Positions 26,201 to 39,756 of a stretch of DNA of 64,000 bases are shown here, one piece after another. The stretch's first letter is position 1; each line of letters starts with the position of its first letter. Location: NCBI RefSeq assembly GCF_006345805.1, contig NC_042999.1, positions 108,500,001 through 108,564,000 on the forward strand, in the 5' to 3' direction. The notes below the pieces were generated by a model that had not been told where the DNA came from, searched no databases, and was given only the letters and a program-made list of their open reading frames with translations. Source of the DNA: Octopus sinensis. Taxonomy: Eukaryota. The position numbers and the translations under genes were made by a program.

Positions 26201-26968
26201 CTGGCAACATTGTATATTTATCATCATCATTGTTAATTTGACCGATGTCATTTCCAATTGAGCTGACATGTTATTCAAAGCCATTCAAACTCTTGACCAT
26301 CTCCTTTTTTTAAATTTTTATTTTCTGGTATTTTCTAATGTGTCCTTTCTTAAGACGGTAGATATATGGCTGCTATTTATTGCATATTTCTGGAATTCAA
26401 CAAAGAAACTTTCAATTTCTGTTATACAGATGCAAGCAAGCAAAATACTCTTCCATCTTCCATGAATATATCCACACACATACACACCAACAGTTTTAAT
26501 TCTTTCTTCAACAAAATATATTTTAAACATTTCTATTCTTTAATTTCTCTTCTAATTACCTACCTGAAGAAATCATTTTGATATTCTTCTATAATTAAGT
26601 ACCATTAGTACTTTAATATTTTTCTCAGTATCCCAAATTCACAAGAGTCTAGGATTATATCTCCATGGCTAATATATAATCAGCTGCTTAGAATTTATTT
26701 TTAATCTTTTTTTTAAAATATTCTCATCCTTGTAAGAATTTTCAACTCATTTTTAAAAACTGGTTTGACGGAGGGTCTGAAACTGAAAGATTTAACTCTC
26801 TCTACTATCCTAAAATGCCCAAGAGCCAGATTCTAGTTTTTTTGGTTTTTTTTTGGAAAGTCTGTATGTTGTTGCTTTGATCATCTCATACACAATAGCC
26901 CATATTCTCTAGCATAATTTGCATACAAGATTTGTTTTGTGCAAACAATAATTATGCTATAAGCTTAC

Positions 26969-27039
26969 CTTGAACTTAGTGGTCTTTTCTGCTCAAGTTT
27001 GATCACAATATCTAAACATGGTTTTGCATCTGTATTTAT
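26969..27039 (-). CDS. Candidate 71-nt exon (INTDAKPCLDIVIKLEQKRPLSS)
   Basis: caaatattgcag acceptor, aag|gtaagc donor, single open frame, phase 0 to 2. Confidence 0.4.
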
Positions 27040-27269
27040 CTGCAATATTTGATAGAACAGGTTATAGCATTCATTTGGATATCTGAAATGTGTCTATAGT
27101 GATTTGTATTTTCTTATATAACAAGACATACACAAAGAATAGTAATTAGTCAAATAAAACCAGAAACTTTATATGTAATACAAGGTGTACCTTAGGGCTC
27201 AAGCCTTGATTCTGTTCTATTTAAAATGAACATTTATCTCATAACTTTTTTTGCTGAAACTGTTGGCAA

Positions 27270-27756
27270 TATGCTGTGCTTGAGAAGACATGTCAAGCCA
27301 AGTGAAAATATAGTCATGGCTGATGCTGGTGTCGCATAACTGGCACCCATTTTGGTGGCACATAAAAAGCACCTTTCGAGCATTTGGCCTCACTGAGGTA
27401 ATGTGGCCAATGCCAGTGGCACATGAAAAGCTCCTTTTGAGTGTTGGGTCTCGTGGAGGCTATGATGAATGGCCAAGACCTTTGGCATTATGCCATGCTT
27501 GAGAAGAAGACCCATCAAGCCAAATGAAATCACAGTCATGACAGATACTGGTGTCACACAAATTGCACCCATGCCTGTGTCATGTAAAAACATCCATTAC
27601 ACTCTCGGAGTCATTGGTGTTAGGGAGAGCATCCAGCTGTAGAAACCATGCCAAATCAGACTGGAGTTTGGTGCAACCTTCCAGCTTGTCAGCCTTGGTC
27701 AAACTGTCCAACCCATGCCAGCATGGACAATGGATGTTAAATGTTGATGATGATGA
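27270..27756 (+). mobile_element. SINE family C, long copy
   Basis: cttgagaagac...gtcaagccaagtgaaa internal duplication, then catccagctgtagaaacc...ccaacccatgccagcatgg...gatgatgatga. Confidence 0.85.
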
Positions 27757-27817
27757 ATTATACTACACAGTTTTATACAGATAGATGACCATTAAGCTGT
27801 CAATATTTTTTACAACT

Positions 27818-28035
27818 CAAAGGCAACGAGCTGGCAGACACGTTAGCATGCCGGGTGAGATGCTTAGTGGTATTTCATCTGTATTTACATTCTGAGTTCA
27901 AATTCCGCCACAGTTGACTTTGCCTTTCATCCTTTCGGGGTCGATAAATTAAGTACCAGCTGCATACTGGGGTAAATCTAATTGACTGGCACTTGTGCTT
28001 AGAATTTCAGGCCTTGTGCTTAGAATAGAAAAGAA
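27818..28035 (+). mobile_element. SINE family B
   Basis: aaggcaacgagctggcagacacgttagcatgccggg...gagttcaaattccgcc...catcctttcggggtcgataaattaagtaccag...ggccttgtgc. Confidence 0.85.
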
Positions 28036-28689
28036 TATTGTTTACAACTCTCTAAGAATAGATCCACCAGACATTATTAACAATATTAACAAAGGGTTGA
28101 ATAATTTCTATGACACACTAAATACCACAATGTCAGAAATCATAGTCTTTCCTTTCTAACAATTATAACAAATTCCTTTTTGAAACCATCCATCATAATG
28201 TCACAAATATATCTATCTCTCAAGAGACAAAATAACTTTTTTGTTATATTAGACCAATGCATGATTGTGTACTGAGTTATTGTTATTACTTTATGTAACT
28301 TAAAAGATAAAATCAGTGAATTCCAGGCTAAAATTTTCATTAATGTCACAAAGAGAAATATTGCCCTCAAGGCAGTTTACTCCCAATTTATGTAATATAT
28401 ATATATATATACACACACACATATATTATCTTGTCTTCCTCTTTTTCTTTTTTTCTTTATACACATAGAGAGCTACATTGTACAGTGTAACCTTCCCTAA
28501 TTCTCTAAGAAAATATTTTTTAATTAATAAAATATGGAAAGGAAAAAAATAAAAATGAAGTGAAATAAAATAGCAAAATAGTGCATACCTGAAACTACTG
28601 AGATGTTCTCCTGGTAGTATGTAAATAATATTTTCTTTATTTCTTTAAAATTATAATTGCTAAAACAACAACAAAAAGAAAAGTAAGTT

Positions 28690-29048
28690 ATTCTGGTGGC
28701 TGTAAAAAGGGTAAAGACCTTCTCTGTTCATGAATGACCATGGCATTGCACCTGGAAAGTTACCCTCTGAGGCACAAGTCCAGGCAAGGTTGTTAGTGGA
28801 AGACCAGCAGTTGCCCATGCACACCAGCCTCCCTTCTCCATGCCACCGATGTTGTCCAAGGGAAAAGCAAAGGTCGACACAGCTTGGCACCAGTGACATC
28901 GCAACACTTCTACAGTTGAGTGTACTGGTGCAACGTAGAATAAAGTGTCTTGCTCAAGAACACAACATACAACTCAGTCTGAGAATCAAACTCACTATCT
29001 CATGATTGTGAGCCCAACACTCTAACCAATGAGCCATATGTCTTCACC
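28690..29048 (-). mobile_element. tRNA-derived SINE family D, full length
   Basis: Minus head ggtgaagacatatggctcattggttagagtgttgggctc...gttgtgttcttgagcaagacacttta. Confidence 0.8.
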
Positions 29049-29086
29049 TTCCGGTGACTGTATGTGATAAGTAAATGTTAGTTTAA

Positions 29087-29306
29087 CCCTTTATTATTTA
29101 AACCAGCCATATCCAGCCAAAATATTCTCCTCATTTTCAGTTCAAACCAGCCAGATTTGGCCTCTCACACCTACTCTACAATGTCATTCTAAAATAAACA
29201 ATTACATCATTTGAAATATTGAAGCTGCAAGATAATGTATGATAAATTCAATACAACCTAAGTAAATAAGCATAACATTTGACAGAGTAATCTGAATACT
29301 AATGGG
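29087..29306. mobile_element. piggyBac-like MITE with TTAA target duplication
   Basis: ttaa|ccctttattattt ... aatactaatggg|ttaa. Confidence 0.75.
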
Positions 29307-29619
29307 TTAAAGTTGGGAACAGGCTGGAAAAGAGGAGGTAACTGCAGTGAATGGGAGCTGTAAAGAATGAGTTGTGGATTTTGAGCAAAGATGGTATTCA
29401 AGATGGATAATGAAAGCAACATTTTTATTAAATGTATTACAAATGGACTTTGAAGATTTAGCTATAATTTTAGACCAAGCCAAAATGTTGATTAGAAACA
29501 TATATAAATATATTTACATTATATAATCATTATAATATTGATTGTGGTCTCAAAAGTTGTCTATTTTAATATGCAACTATAAAGCATCTACTATATGTTT
29601 CAAAGAACATTCAGATCAT

Positions 29620-29880
29620 TATCATCATCATTTAGCATCCACTTTCCATGTTGGCAACTGGTAAGCCAGAGAGCTATACTAAGTTCTAGTCTAATTTAGT
29701 ATGGTTTCTACAGCTGGATGCCCTTCCTAATGCCAACTACTCCAAGAGTATAATGGGTGCTTTTTATGTACCACCAGCATGAGTGCTTTTGTGTGTCACT
29801 GGCATGGGTGCTTTTACATACCACTATGACTAAAATTTCACTCAGTTTGACAAGTCTTCTCAAGCACAGCATACTGCCAA
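29620..29880 (-). mobile_element. SINE family C
   Basis: atcatcatcatttagcatccactttccatg...ctggatgcccttcctaatgccaac. Confidence 0.8.
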
Positions 29881-30329
29881 TATATATATGTGTGTATATA
29901 GATGTGTATATTTATGAACAAATCACAATTATAATGGAGAGAGTTTCAGAAACCCTTTCATGTCTAGAAATAGCAGTCAAAACTGCTATAAAGCCAGTAT
30001 AACCACTCCTATTTTATCTCTTCACAATAAAGCTGTTGGCAGGTGACATGACATAAAATTCAAAACTTAAATAAAACTCTCTATTGCAATTTGAAAGTTA
30101 GGAACCAAAAACGGTTCCACTCTTCTCTTCAGGAGAACATTCCTGTAGATACAAATTAACACAAAAAACATACCTTGGGGCTTACATGTTTCCTGACCGG
30201 CAAGAATAATGTGTCACCCTCTATCTTTATGAAATTTTTTGATTACATGTTTGCCCATTGATATAGTCGTAAATAATTATGAATTGTTTATGATATATCC
30301 TTCATAATGTATTTTTACATTCCACTTTA

Positions 30330-30448
30330 ATTATATGTGTGTGTATATATATATGAGTGTGTGTGTGTATTTATATACATATGTGTATTTGTATATATGT
30401 ATATATATGTGTATATATATGTATATATATGTATATATATAAACACAC
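30330..30448. repeat. (TA/TG)n compound microsatellite
   Basis: Mixed tg and ta dinucleotide array. Confidence 0.95.
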
Positions 30449-30989
30449 ACTGGGGTATTCTTATATCCTTTCTGATGCCTCTTATGCTTAGTTTATTTCT
30501 CAACACATTTGCACTTTGTTCTACACACATACTGATGTTGCAAATATGTTAAAAAAAACTGTTGAGATTTTCTTTTGTGGTTTGCTTTGACTAATGTACA
30601 TTCTCTACATGGACGATAATAAAAGTGGGTGTATTCTTACAAAAGTGTTAACTTATTAACCTCTCATATCCTCCACTCTACTTCTACTTACTTCTGGCTT
30701 TATGAGCCAAGAAGAAGCTACTATGGGGTGTCTTGAATTGCTAGAAATAACAGCCAAACCTCCTACAAATCACATCTTACTGTCTTATTATAAAATGGTA
30801 TTTAATAATATAACCCTAACTTGATATGTATCTGAAAAGAAATGAAATAATCAACTAAAGAACAACAAAAACAACAGCAAGGAAGCCTGTATATGATCAT
30901 TTAATTTGCTGAAAATAACTGCTAAATCCTCAAATCAAATCCTACTATCTTAAAAAAGAGGCTTCATTATATAATGGTGACAAATAATC

Positions 30990-31305
30990 TGAAATCCTAA
31001 GATTCCTTCTTAGAATTTTTGCAGAAGAAGGGATGGCAATTATTTTGCAAGTTCACAATACAAATCTCCACTCCAATATTCTTCAGACTCTAGGTATTTA
31101 GATTTTGTGCAGAATGCACTGATTATTACAGGAACAATTTTCACTTTTTGTGTTTCATAAGCTCTTATCTCTCTGGCTTTGTCTTGATATTTTTTCAGTA
31201 TTTTAAGTTTCCTCGAAATCCCACTTTACTATTATATAGAACTGCAAAATCTGTATTCTTACAATGTTTGTTCTTTCTGTCTTCCAGGGTTATATATGAT
31301 ATCTT
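30990..31305 (-). mobile_element. Dong/R4-like non-LTR retrotransposon 3' fragment (restriction-like endonuclease region)
   Basis: LEDRKNKHCKNTDFAVLYNSKV...KKYQDKAREIR...KVKIVPVIISA...SAKILRRNL matches IIDFAVP...EKYQDLA.EI...VVPIVIGALG...TARILRKVL. Confidence 0.7.
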
Positions 31306-31307
31306 TG

Positions 31308-31370
31308 CCTTATTATTATTATTATTATTATTAATAATAATAATAATAATCATAATAATAATAATAATAT
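31308..31370. repeat. (TTA)n directly followed by (TAA)n
   Basis: Self-complementary trinucleotide junction. Confidence 0.95.
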
Positions 31371-33342
31371 CACAGTCAACTTTGCCTTTCACCCTTTTGG
31401 GGCTAATAAAATAAAGTATGGGTCATGTAATGGAGTTGATGTAATCAACTTCACCCTCCCATTAAAATTGCTGGCCTTGTGCCAAAATTAAAAAGAATTT
31501 TTATCATTATCATCATCTTCAGCAGATGTAGATTTTGTTGACATTGATTTCTGTGTAGTATACATGCTTAGTTGCAAAAAGATTGCACTTACAATACACC
31601 ATAAGATTGTATCACCATCAACAATTTGCACATTGTGTTTCTAAGAAAGACCTTGAAAGTCTCGTATCTAACAAAGAAATTATTAGCTTAATCCTAGTGA
31701 CTTGAATGTGATAGCTCAAATAATAGACTGCTGCTCACAGATTGTAAATCCTGTCAATTTTACAATGCATACAGCCTTTGAGCTGCCAGTTGAGGAAATA
31801 TGGCTAGGCAGTAAACAGTATCATTGTTGTGAAAATAATTTATCTAAACCTCAAAATAGCAAAATGTTGGCTTTCCATGTGTGACTGACTGTATGACACT
31901 CTCTGCCTACTTTGCTTTTGGCATGTTAATGTGGATTAAATGAAACTGCAAATTTGCAAGTGTTCAAACGGTTTTATGGTTGCTTGCCATTTCCAGCAGA
32001 AACTATTCAATTTATAAAGTAGGCTAATTTCTTCATTTTTAATTTTTTTTTCTCTCTTCCCCAGCTTCATAAGTTGTGAGGCAAACACCTCAACCTTTAA
32101 GCAATGTTGCTTTTTTCAATCATTGCACATCACTAATGCTTCCTTCTCATCCCCAAAAGTTTTTGTTTCCAAAGATATAAATTAAATTAAGTCCTACTCC
32201 TTTGCACATCATATTTTAAGTTTTCTTGCCAACTTTCTCCAAACATTCACTCATTGAAATCTCTCCTTCTTCTTCCCATATTTCTCTATATGATTATATA
32301 TATATATATATATATATATGTTTGTATGTATACATGTATGTACTTAGATCAGTCTATCTTTTCTCCTTATTTCTCTATCTTTCCATTCCTCTTTCTTACT
32401 TTTCTCCCCTTCTCACTCATCTCTTATTTCCCCTTCACATTTCTTTGTCTTTTTCCTTATCCCCACTCTTTTTCCTCCTTCCTCTCCTTTCTCTCTCTAG
32501 TTCTGTGCATATAACTATTACACAAGAATAAACTTGAATTAGTCCTTTGATGTGCTTTCAAGCAGTCACATTAAATTTTGTTTTTCATTATCATGATTGT
32601 TTCAAGCTTGTCTTTCATTTATTCTAAACAAAACTGAAAGCAGCCTGATGGAGCAAATAGATATTGTTTATGCAAGCCTAAGTGGGCTGTATACTATACT
32701 ATGAAGATATGTTTACTGACAAACTTTTCCTGATATAGAGAACATAATTACTGGAATATATTTATTATTATTAGAAGAAAACATCATCATCATCATTATT
32801 ATTATTTTTTAGAGTGGTGGATTTACAGAACCATTAGAGCATTATAGCAGTGCTGTATTTCTTCTGACTCTTTATATATTCTGAGTTCAAAACCCACTGA
32901 GGTCACTTTGCCTTTCACCCTTCTGTAGTCGATAAAATAATATATCACTCAGTTACTGGGATCAATAGTATCAACTGCCTCCCTACCCTCAATGGTGCTT
33001 GCCTTGTACCTAAATTAGAAACTGTAGTTATTTCTATTAGACAAGTACTTTATTGATAGTTATTTAGGTGAAAGAAACATAAATGTTATTAATCTTTCCA
33101 GTACAATGCACCCAAGGCCACATCATTTTGTTTTCGTTTTTTAAATAGAAGAGCATATGTTAAGGGACATTTGGCTACTGTCTCTAGCAGGCTGAATGAC
33201 CACACAGAGGTGCCCATTGTGGCTAAATCATTAATTGTTTTCTTAGTAAGGAGAAATTATTTATCTTGGCCAAATAATCACAAGATAACCTGAAATTTTG
33301 CCAAACATTACTTCCTGCTGCTATAACATTGCCAGATTTTAC

Positions 33343-33403
33343 CTTTTTATAATAATATACACAGATTGATGGGCTTATTGTTTTGCATATTTGTTCATAT
33401 TTA
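33343..33403 (-). CDS. Candidate 61-nt exon (KYEQICKTISPSICVYYYKK)
   Basis: tttatttttctactcag acceptor, aag|gtaaaa donor, phase 2 to 0; lies within ORF 33223-33423. Confidence 0.3.
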
Positions 33404-34305
33404 CTGAGTAGAAAAATAAACACCTACGTATGCTCTGTGTAAGTAATGTAAGTAATATATATTGTGTGTGTGTGAGATGAAATTGCCATTGTTATTTATA
33501 TAAAATAATTTTGCTTCTTACTTTCAATTTTCAATCTTTACAGACAGTAGTTTATGTAGTCAAGTTCAATTTGTGATTTGTTCCATTTGTTCTATTTATT
33601 TTTCTATTACAAAATGGTGTGATAATAGATGAAATAGCTTCTGGTTTTCAATAATTGAAAATTTGAACATTTGATAAATTTATTCTAAATACTGCCTTCA
33701 ATTGGTCGACTTTAATATACTTATGTGAACCAAACAAAATTTCTTATTCTTTGCAGAGATTGAGAGAGAGAGAAATGTTCAAATGATTTGAAATTAGATA
33801 GATTGTATTCACTGACAATTTATATTTTTGTTCTTATTTCTATTCAAATAAACAGTAAATGTTTTGATTTTACTTATTTATTTTGATAACTTTTGTAAAA
33901 GACTTCCATTTTCTTTCACAGTGATTGAACCAATATAGGAGTCTCTATGTGGCCATTCAACCTTTTACAAATGCTATTATTATTGTTTTACATCACTTAT
34001 TTCTAATTTAGTTGTAATATCTGAACAGTCTCATCTTACATGAATTTTACTGGTCTTCATATTTCTTTTAATGTATTAAAATGTTGAACAATTTGTTGCT
34101 TTTATCAGCTCTAGGGTGGGCACAGTGTGGCATTAGTTTGGTATCTTGTTGTTACATATTTCATTTGATGATGAAATTTTGTATTGTTTCCTATGTTATT
34201 GGATAGTTTGCTATAAGTCTGCAGGTTACAAACCTATTCTACATTAGTAACAACTTAAGTTATATATATATACACACACACAAACACATATATACACACA
34301 TGCAT

Positions 34306-34345
<40 letters not shown>

Positions 34346-35899
34346 TTCCTATTGTAAATTATAGAATGTTATACTCTACAATGAAAAACAAAACATTTCT
34401 GTTTCAGTTTTACTCCGAAACTTCATTCAATTTTCAGATGATTATCTATTTGAAACAAACGTTTATTGAAATAAACAAGTATGTCATTTTCTGTTTGAAT
34501 AATTTGTCTCACCTTCATCCCATAGATAGCATTGTTACAAAGAACAATCAGCTAGTGATATACATAGAGTGGCTAATACAACCACTCTGTCACATGGTTC
34601 TTTTTTCCCCCCAAGCATTATAACTATATTGAAATTTGATGAAGGAGAGTGGCAGCATTAACATGAATCAGTCCATAAATGCCTTCTATTTAGTCGTCTA
34701 TCATCTTCTGCTCCTCTGCACTACAGATCTGTGGCCAAGAGGACAAGGGTGGTGCTACCCTATATGTGGCATTCCAGTAGAATGTCTTGAATTTTCTGTT
34801 CTCAAAAAATTTGTATATTTTGCTTGCTTCTGTGTGTTTCAGCTTTTGCAAATTATATATTTTAGATCATATGCTAGTGTAGATTTTTTTAACACAATTC
34901 TACTTACATCTATTTACCTTGTTAGAAACTAGATTTTAGTTTCTAATCTTCTTAATGCTAAAGAAATATAAGCTAAGTACTATCTCTCTGAGCTCTACTG
35001 GTTTCTGAATTGACTTCTTGGAATACATTATTTTCTGTGAAAGAGTCTCACAAATTGAAAAAAAAAAAATATCCTTAAACATTATTTATTATTCAAATTA
35101 TCATAGATATTTATTTTTGTTTCACATCTGCTTTCAACGCTACCATACGTTGCACTTATTTTCTACTTGAGACATTTTTATAAATTCCATAAGTACTTTT
35201 TTTAATGGAACTGTTTTCTAAATACAAACTACTTTCTTACAAAATTCCCACACTATTTAAAGACACTGTATTATAATTTTTCTTGTGTTGATTAAAGTAT
35301 AAAAATAATCTTGAACATTTAATAATGATTATTAAATAAAATATCTCTCAATCTTCTAGTCAAGTCCCCTACAAGAAAGACATCTCTGCAAGTTGACATT
35401 TATAATAAACAAAAAAGAAAAAGAAAAGAAATACCACAAGCACACATGAATTTCCAGTTCTTTGGGGTTTTTTTTTTATTCATCACATCTCTTCAATTCT
35501 GTATATATATATATACACACATATATATGTAATGGATGCATTAAATGCATAGTAGTTTATAGATAACTAATAATAGATTATGTTATTTGAAAATATCTTT
35601 AGATGTACCCTATGTATCCTATATTATTAGATAGATATGCTGAAGGTAAAGCTAAGGATCAAATATTTTTTATGACAAATTTTTATTTGTTTTTTTAATT
35701 ATAGATTTTTTTTTTAAGTACCTTACTTCTTAACGTCAATGTGCTCTTATTAAAAGAATAAGAAGTGAAATGTGTCCTTGCAAAATCCTGTTTTTACTTC
35801 AAACCAAAGCTCAGACCTATTATAACTAATTAATTGTTTCATATTTTTATAATGAAAATTTCTAGCAAAATCAAAATGGTTCCATCTTGTTCAATAAAC

Positions 35900-36100
35900 A
35901 ATAACATTTCTTATGTTATTGTTGACATTACAAAAGCATTCAATCATATCTAGTGTGGGAACCTCCTGTGTAAGTTGTCCTCTTATAAGGTTTAAATGTA
36001 TTGCAATGTGTTATAATAGGAGTTATCATCAATCCACTCTTTTAACTCTCATGTAACCCAAGGATTATTATATCTCCCACATACTGCAAATAATATGGTC
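35900..36100 (+). mobile_element. Decayed CR1/Jockey-like RT fragment
   Basis: VIVDITKAFNHI*CGNLLCKLSSY (cf. LDISKAFDRVWH.GLL.KL.SY). Confidence 0.55.
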
Positions 36101-37261
36101 TTAACTCCTCCTTTTCTGACTAGCTAATAACAGTGTGTGTGTGTGTTCATGTATGCATGCATGCATGTGTAAAATTGATGATTCACTCTCCAGCTACTCA
36201 AGGTTTCATGTGATATGTCTGTTCAACCTTTATCTATATAAATATCAATAAACCTGAATGAGGGTATCATGCAAAACACCAACAAACTAGGCAATGAATC
36301 ATTGACTTTATACATGTAACATCCAAATAAATTTATTGAGTGCTATTTTTTTCATTTGCAGCATTAAGCACACATGCACACACATGTACATGTATATATG
36401 TAAAGTATTTTCCAATATAAACTGAGTTGTGTGTGTGTATGTATTTTGTATTAGAGACTACTTAAGTTTGTTCCTTGCATTTCAAATTCTCATTACCAAT
36501 GTATGGTGTAAATGTCGACAAGACGAAACCATTTTTCATATAAATATCTAATAATTTTATTTGCTTTTTGAAATCTCAATTGTTTGCCTCTGATAATTAT
36601 ATTTCCAACTAAAAACATTGAAGCTACTGGATTTGATTATAAATTCATCACATGGTAATTTCCATTTACTGTATTCCCTGTTTCATCATTATGAACAGTG
36701 GTTTACTATATGCCATATAATGAGTTACATGGCATCACCTTTTCAACTCTGTCAGTTCTCTCTTCAGCTACAAATTTTTATATCATTTTATACTCCTTTG
36801 ACCTACCTCTTCTGCTGTTGCATCAAATATCAATTTATAGCATTTCCATACTTAAATCTGTCTCATTACTCATCTATCATTTTGTTTCATTTCAGAGTGT
36901 GTCCTGTTCATTCTGAGTTTAATTGTATTTGTATTATGTCTTTATATTTGTGCCTTTTTGAAAACTAAAAAGAAAGATTCAGGATCATATAAAAAAGCAA
37001 AGAAACAATTGATTAATAACAATGCTTTCTCTGGTTTTATTGTTAGTTAGTTATCAGAAAGAAAAAAACAGTTTCATATAAGCAAGTTTCCTATCCTCTT
37101 CTAAATGACAAACATTTACATAGGTTTATACAAAATTAAAGGAAAGACTGTATCATACAAATATGCACCTAAGTAGTTGAACAACTAACAAAGAGTTAGA
37201 TCTTGGTGCATTTACAGGGTGATAGGTTAGGTTATTGATTGTAGTAAACTATGTACTTCAG

Positions 37262-37327
37262 TGTCAATGACTACAGAATGAGAAGAATGTACTGGCTAGA
37301 ATGTTTGTATATTGTACAGACAGCACA
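37262..37327 (+). CDS. Candidate 66-nt symmetric exon (VNDYRMRRMYWLECLYIVQTA)
   Basis: tatgtacttcag acceptor, perfect gtaagt donor, one open frame, phase 2 to 2. Confidence 0.3.
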
Positions 37328-38504
37328 GTAAGTTCTTAATTTGGGTCATATGATAATAGCTAGGATGGGAAGTAATAGTGAAATTATTTCAAAATACTCT
37401 GTGAATTTGAAAACAAAGACTTCATTTCCTTGCTTTTCCCATTGATAAAACGCCAATACTTTTAAACACTTGAGTTATTTTGATTGGAGAGAAATTGTTG
37501 CTGAATTGAATGTAAAATTTAGGTAAGAACACTATCTCTTGATATTGATATCTAGACTGAAATAATCAATGTTTACCTATTGTTATAACTAGTTTTTATT
37601 GCTCATTTTTATAACCAGTATGTATTTTAAACAAGTAATATAATTAAAACTCTGCTAATAAAAGTTATTGTGATTTACTTCTGTGACTGCAGAATGACTT
37701 ATAGGAAAAGTATTATTTGAATTAAATATTTTATTCTTATCAATATCATATTTTACACACATATATATATATATTTGCTTTTCTGGATTTTAAAACAGTG
37801 ACATGCATTTCTATTGAAAACCATACAGTGTTGTCATAGTTATTTTGTATCATTACTTGTGTATCTTTTGTAATATGTATCATTAAAATTATATCCACAC
37901 CATGTCTATATAGATTCATGTTCAACAAAACTGAAGGGACAAAACAATATAGTTGAAAATGGTTCATTTCAACTGCTTAAAACAAAAACACATTTAAAGA
38001 TTGTAAATAATTTTTCTTTTGCTTCTAGTGTATCTTGTTATTTGTTTGATCACATCTGCATCATATGTATATATGTATATTCATTGGAGGGTCTATCCAG
38101 CTTACATTAGATAGATCCACAGGAATAATCAGATACTTAAGATAAAGAGAGGGGTAGGTTGGGGAGGGAGACCAAATTCTTGCACACGGTGATGGTATAC
38201 CTCGATATTTTCTAGAAAAACGAAGCATCTGTCTTGTCAGTCTGTGTCAAACTTAATTATTTAATTGTAGGCATACCATCATATGGTTTCCATCTTTAAG
38301 ATTAAAGAATTTTAGATATATTTGGTTGCTACTTTAATAGAACCATACAAAAGATCTTTCAGTGGCTCAAGAATCTTCTTCATTGGCATAGTATTTTGTT
38401 TTCATTGTAATTCAACAATTCTTGAAAATATTTCTTCATATTAGTATTAAATTTTGTACATGAACATATATATATTTATTTTAAAATATCCTGTTAATTC
38501 TAAA

Positions 38505-38586
38505 TTTTTTTTTCTATTCCAGGTAAGTATAATACTTGAAGTCGAGTGATTTATATTTCTAAATCAAGTTTGTGCTATTTGTGAGT
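38505..38586 (+). promoter_or_regulatory. Candidate recursive splice site (AG|GTAAGT) with downstream RS-exon donor
   Basis: tttttttttctattccag|gtaagt (AG 38521-22) and second donor gtgagt at 38581. Confidence 0.45.
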
Positions 38587-39527
38587 ATAACAATATTATA
38601 TTAAATTTAATTTCTATTAAAGAATTAGTGAGTAGCTGTATGTTATCTGTTTCATATCTTTTCATTAGAAGAACTCATTTTTCTTACCATTTTTTTTAAA
38701 AGTAGATAGCATAAAATAATGCAATTAATAAAATATTCAAATGAAAGTAATAACCAAAAACATTGTTTTTATCCAATACTTTAAAAATATAATTCATAGT
38801 GTATCTAATTCAGTGAAATATATTTGAGATATTTTAATATCAAATAAATAGTGCTGTTCATAAATAAACTATTCCATTTCAAAATTATGAACATGCATTC
38901 ATCATCATACTCATCATCATCAGTATTATAGCATCCACTTTCCAGCTAGGATAGGTCACATTGTCTTATCTGAAAAGCTCAACATTTTAAAATTTGACCT
39001 CACCACTTGTTTCTATGTTATCTTCCTTAACCACAAATTAGTGCTCTCATGAAAAGGATATAGCAATTTTCACTCTGCACCCATCATCCATTTGCATTAT
39101 CTGCCATACAAATGTAGTCAACCCTTTTGCTTATATCATCTGATGTGAGCCAACAAGAGAGATGCTACTTGGTGATTCAAGCTCTTGAAAATAGCAGCCA
39201 AAATTCCTTCAAATTACTCCTTATCAAAGAGAAAGAAGTCATTGGGTAAGGCATTCCTGGGTACACTATGTGTGAACAGAAAATGGAATGGTTATGACTT
39301 GAATGCCTTTAATTAATTGTCTGCTGGATAAATCTGACCATGGGCTACACAGCAATATCAATTAATGTCATTAATGCCCAGAAACTTCCTTAGCTTGCTT
39401 GTGCTCCACCTTTCATGCAGATCAACATTATACATCCAATAAATTATACTCATATAGTACTGGTGTTGATGTAATCGACTGTCTCCCCTCCCTACAAATT
39501 TTAGGCCTTGTGCCTATAGTTGAAAGG

Positions 39528-39528
<1 letters not shown>

Positions 39529-39572
<44 letters not shown>
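39529..39572. repeat. (ATT)n tail of a SINE family B copy (about 39440-39572)
   Basis: ggccttgtgcctatagttgaaaggattattatt... Confidence 0.9.
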
Positions 39573-39574
<2 letters not shown>

Positions 39575-39756
39575 GCCATTCCTCATTCTCTCTCTACTGC
39601 AAGTCATCACTTCCTCTCCCCTGAACCAGTTCTATTTGGGTCTATCTTTCTTTCTCATCGTTTTTCTCTTCCAGCTCATATTTGCCATCAACTTTTGTTC
39701 AACATGCACTACATTCATCCCTATCACATCTTTAAACATCATCCACTCTCTGTTTT

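Noticed and set aside
29312-29525. About 70-codon + frame with one internal TGA (SWEQAG...KE*VVDFEQRWYSRW...)
   Set aside because: No recognisable family, no SECIS evidence and no good acceptor; not supportable as a gene or selenoprotein.
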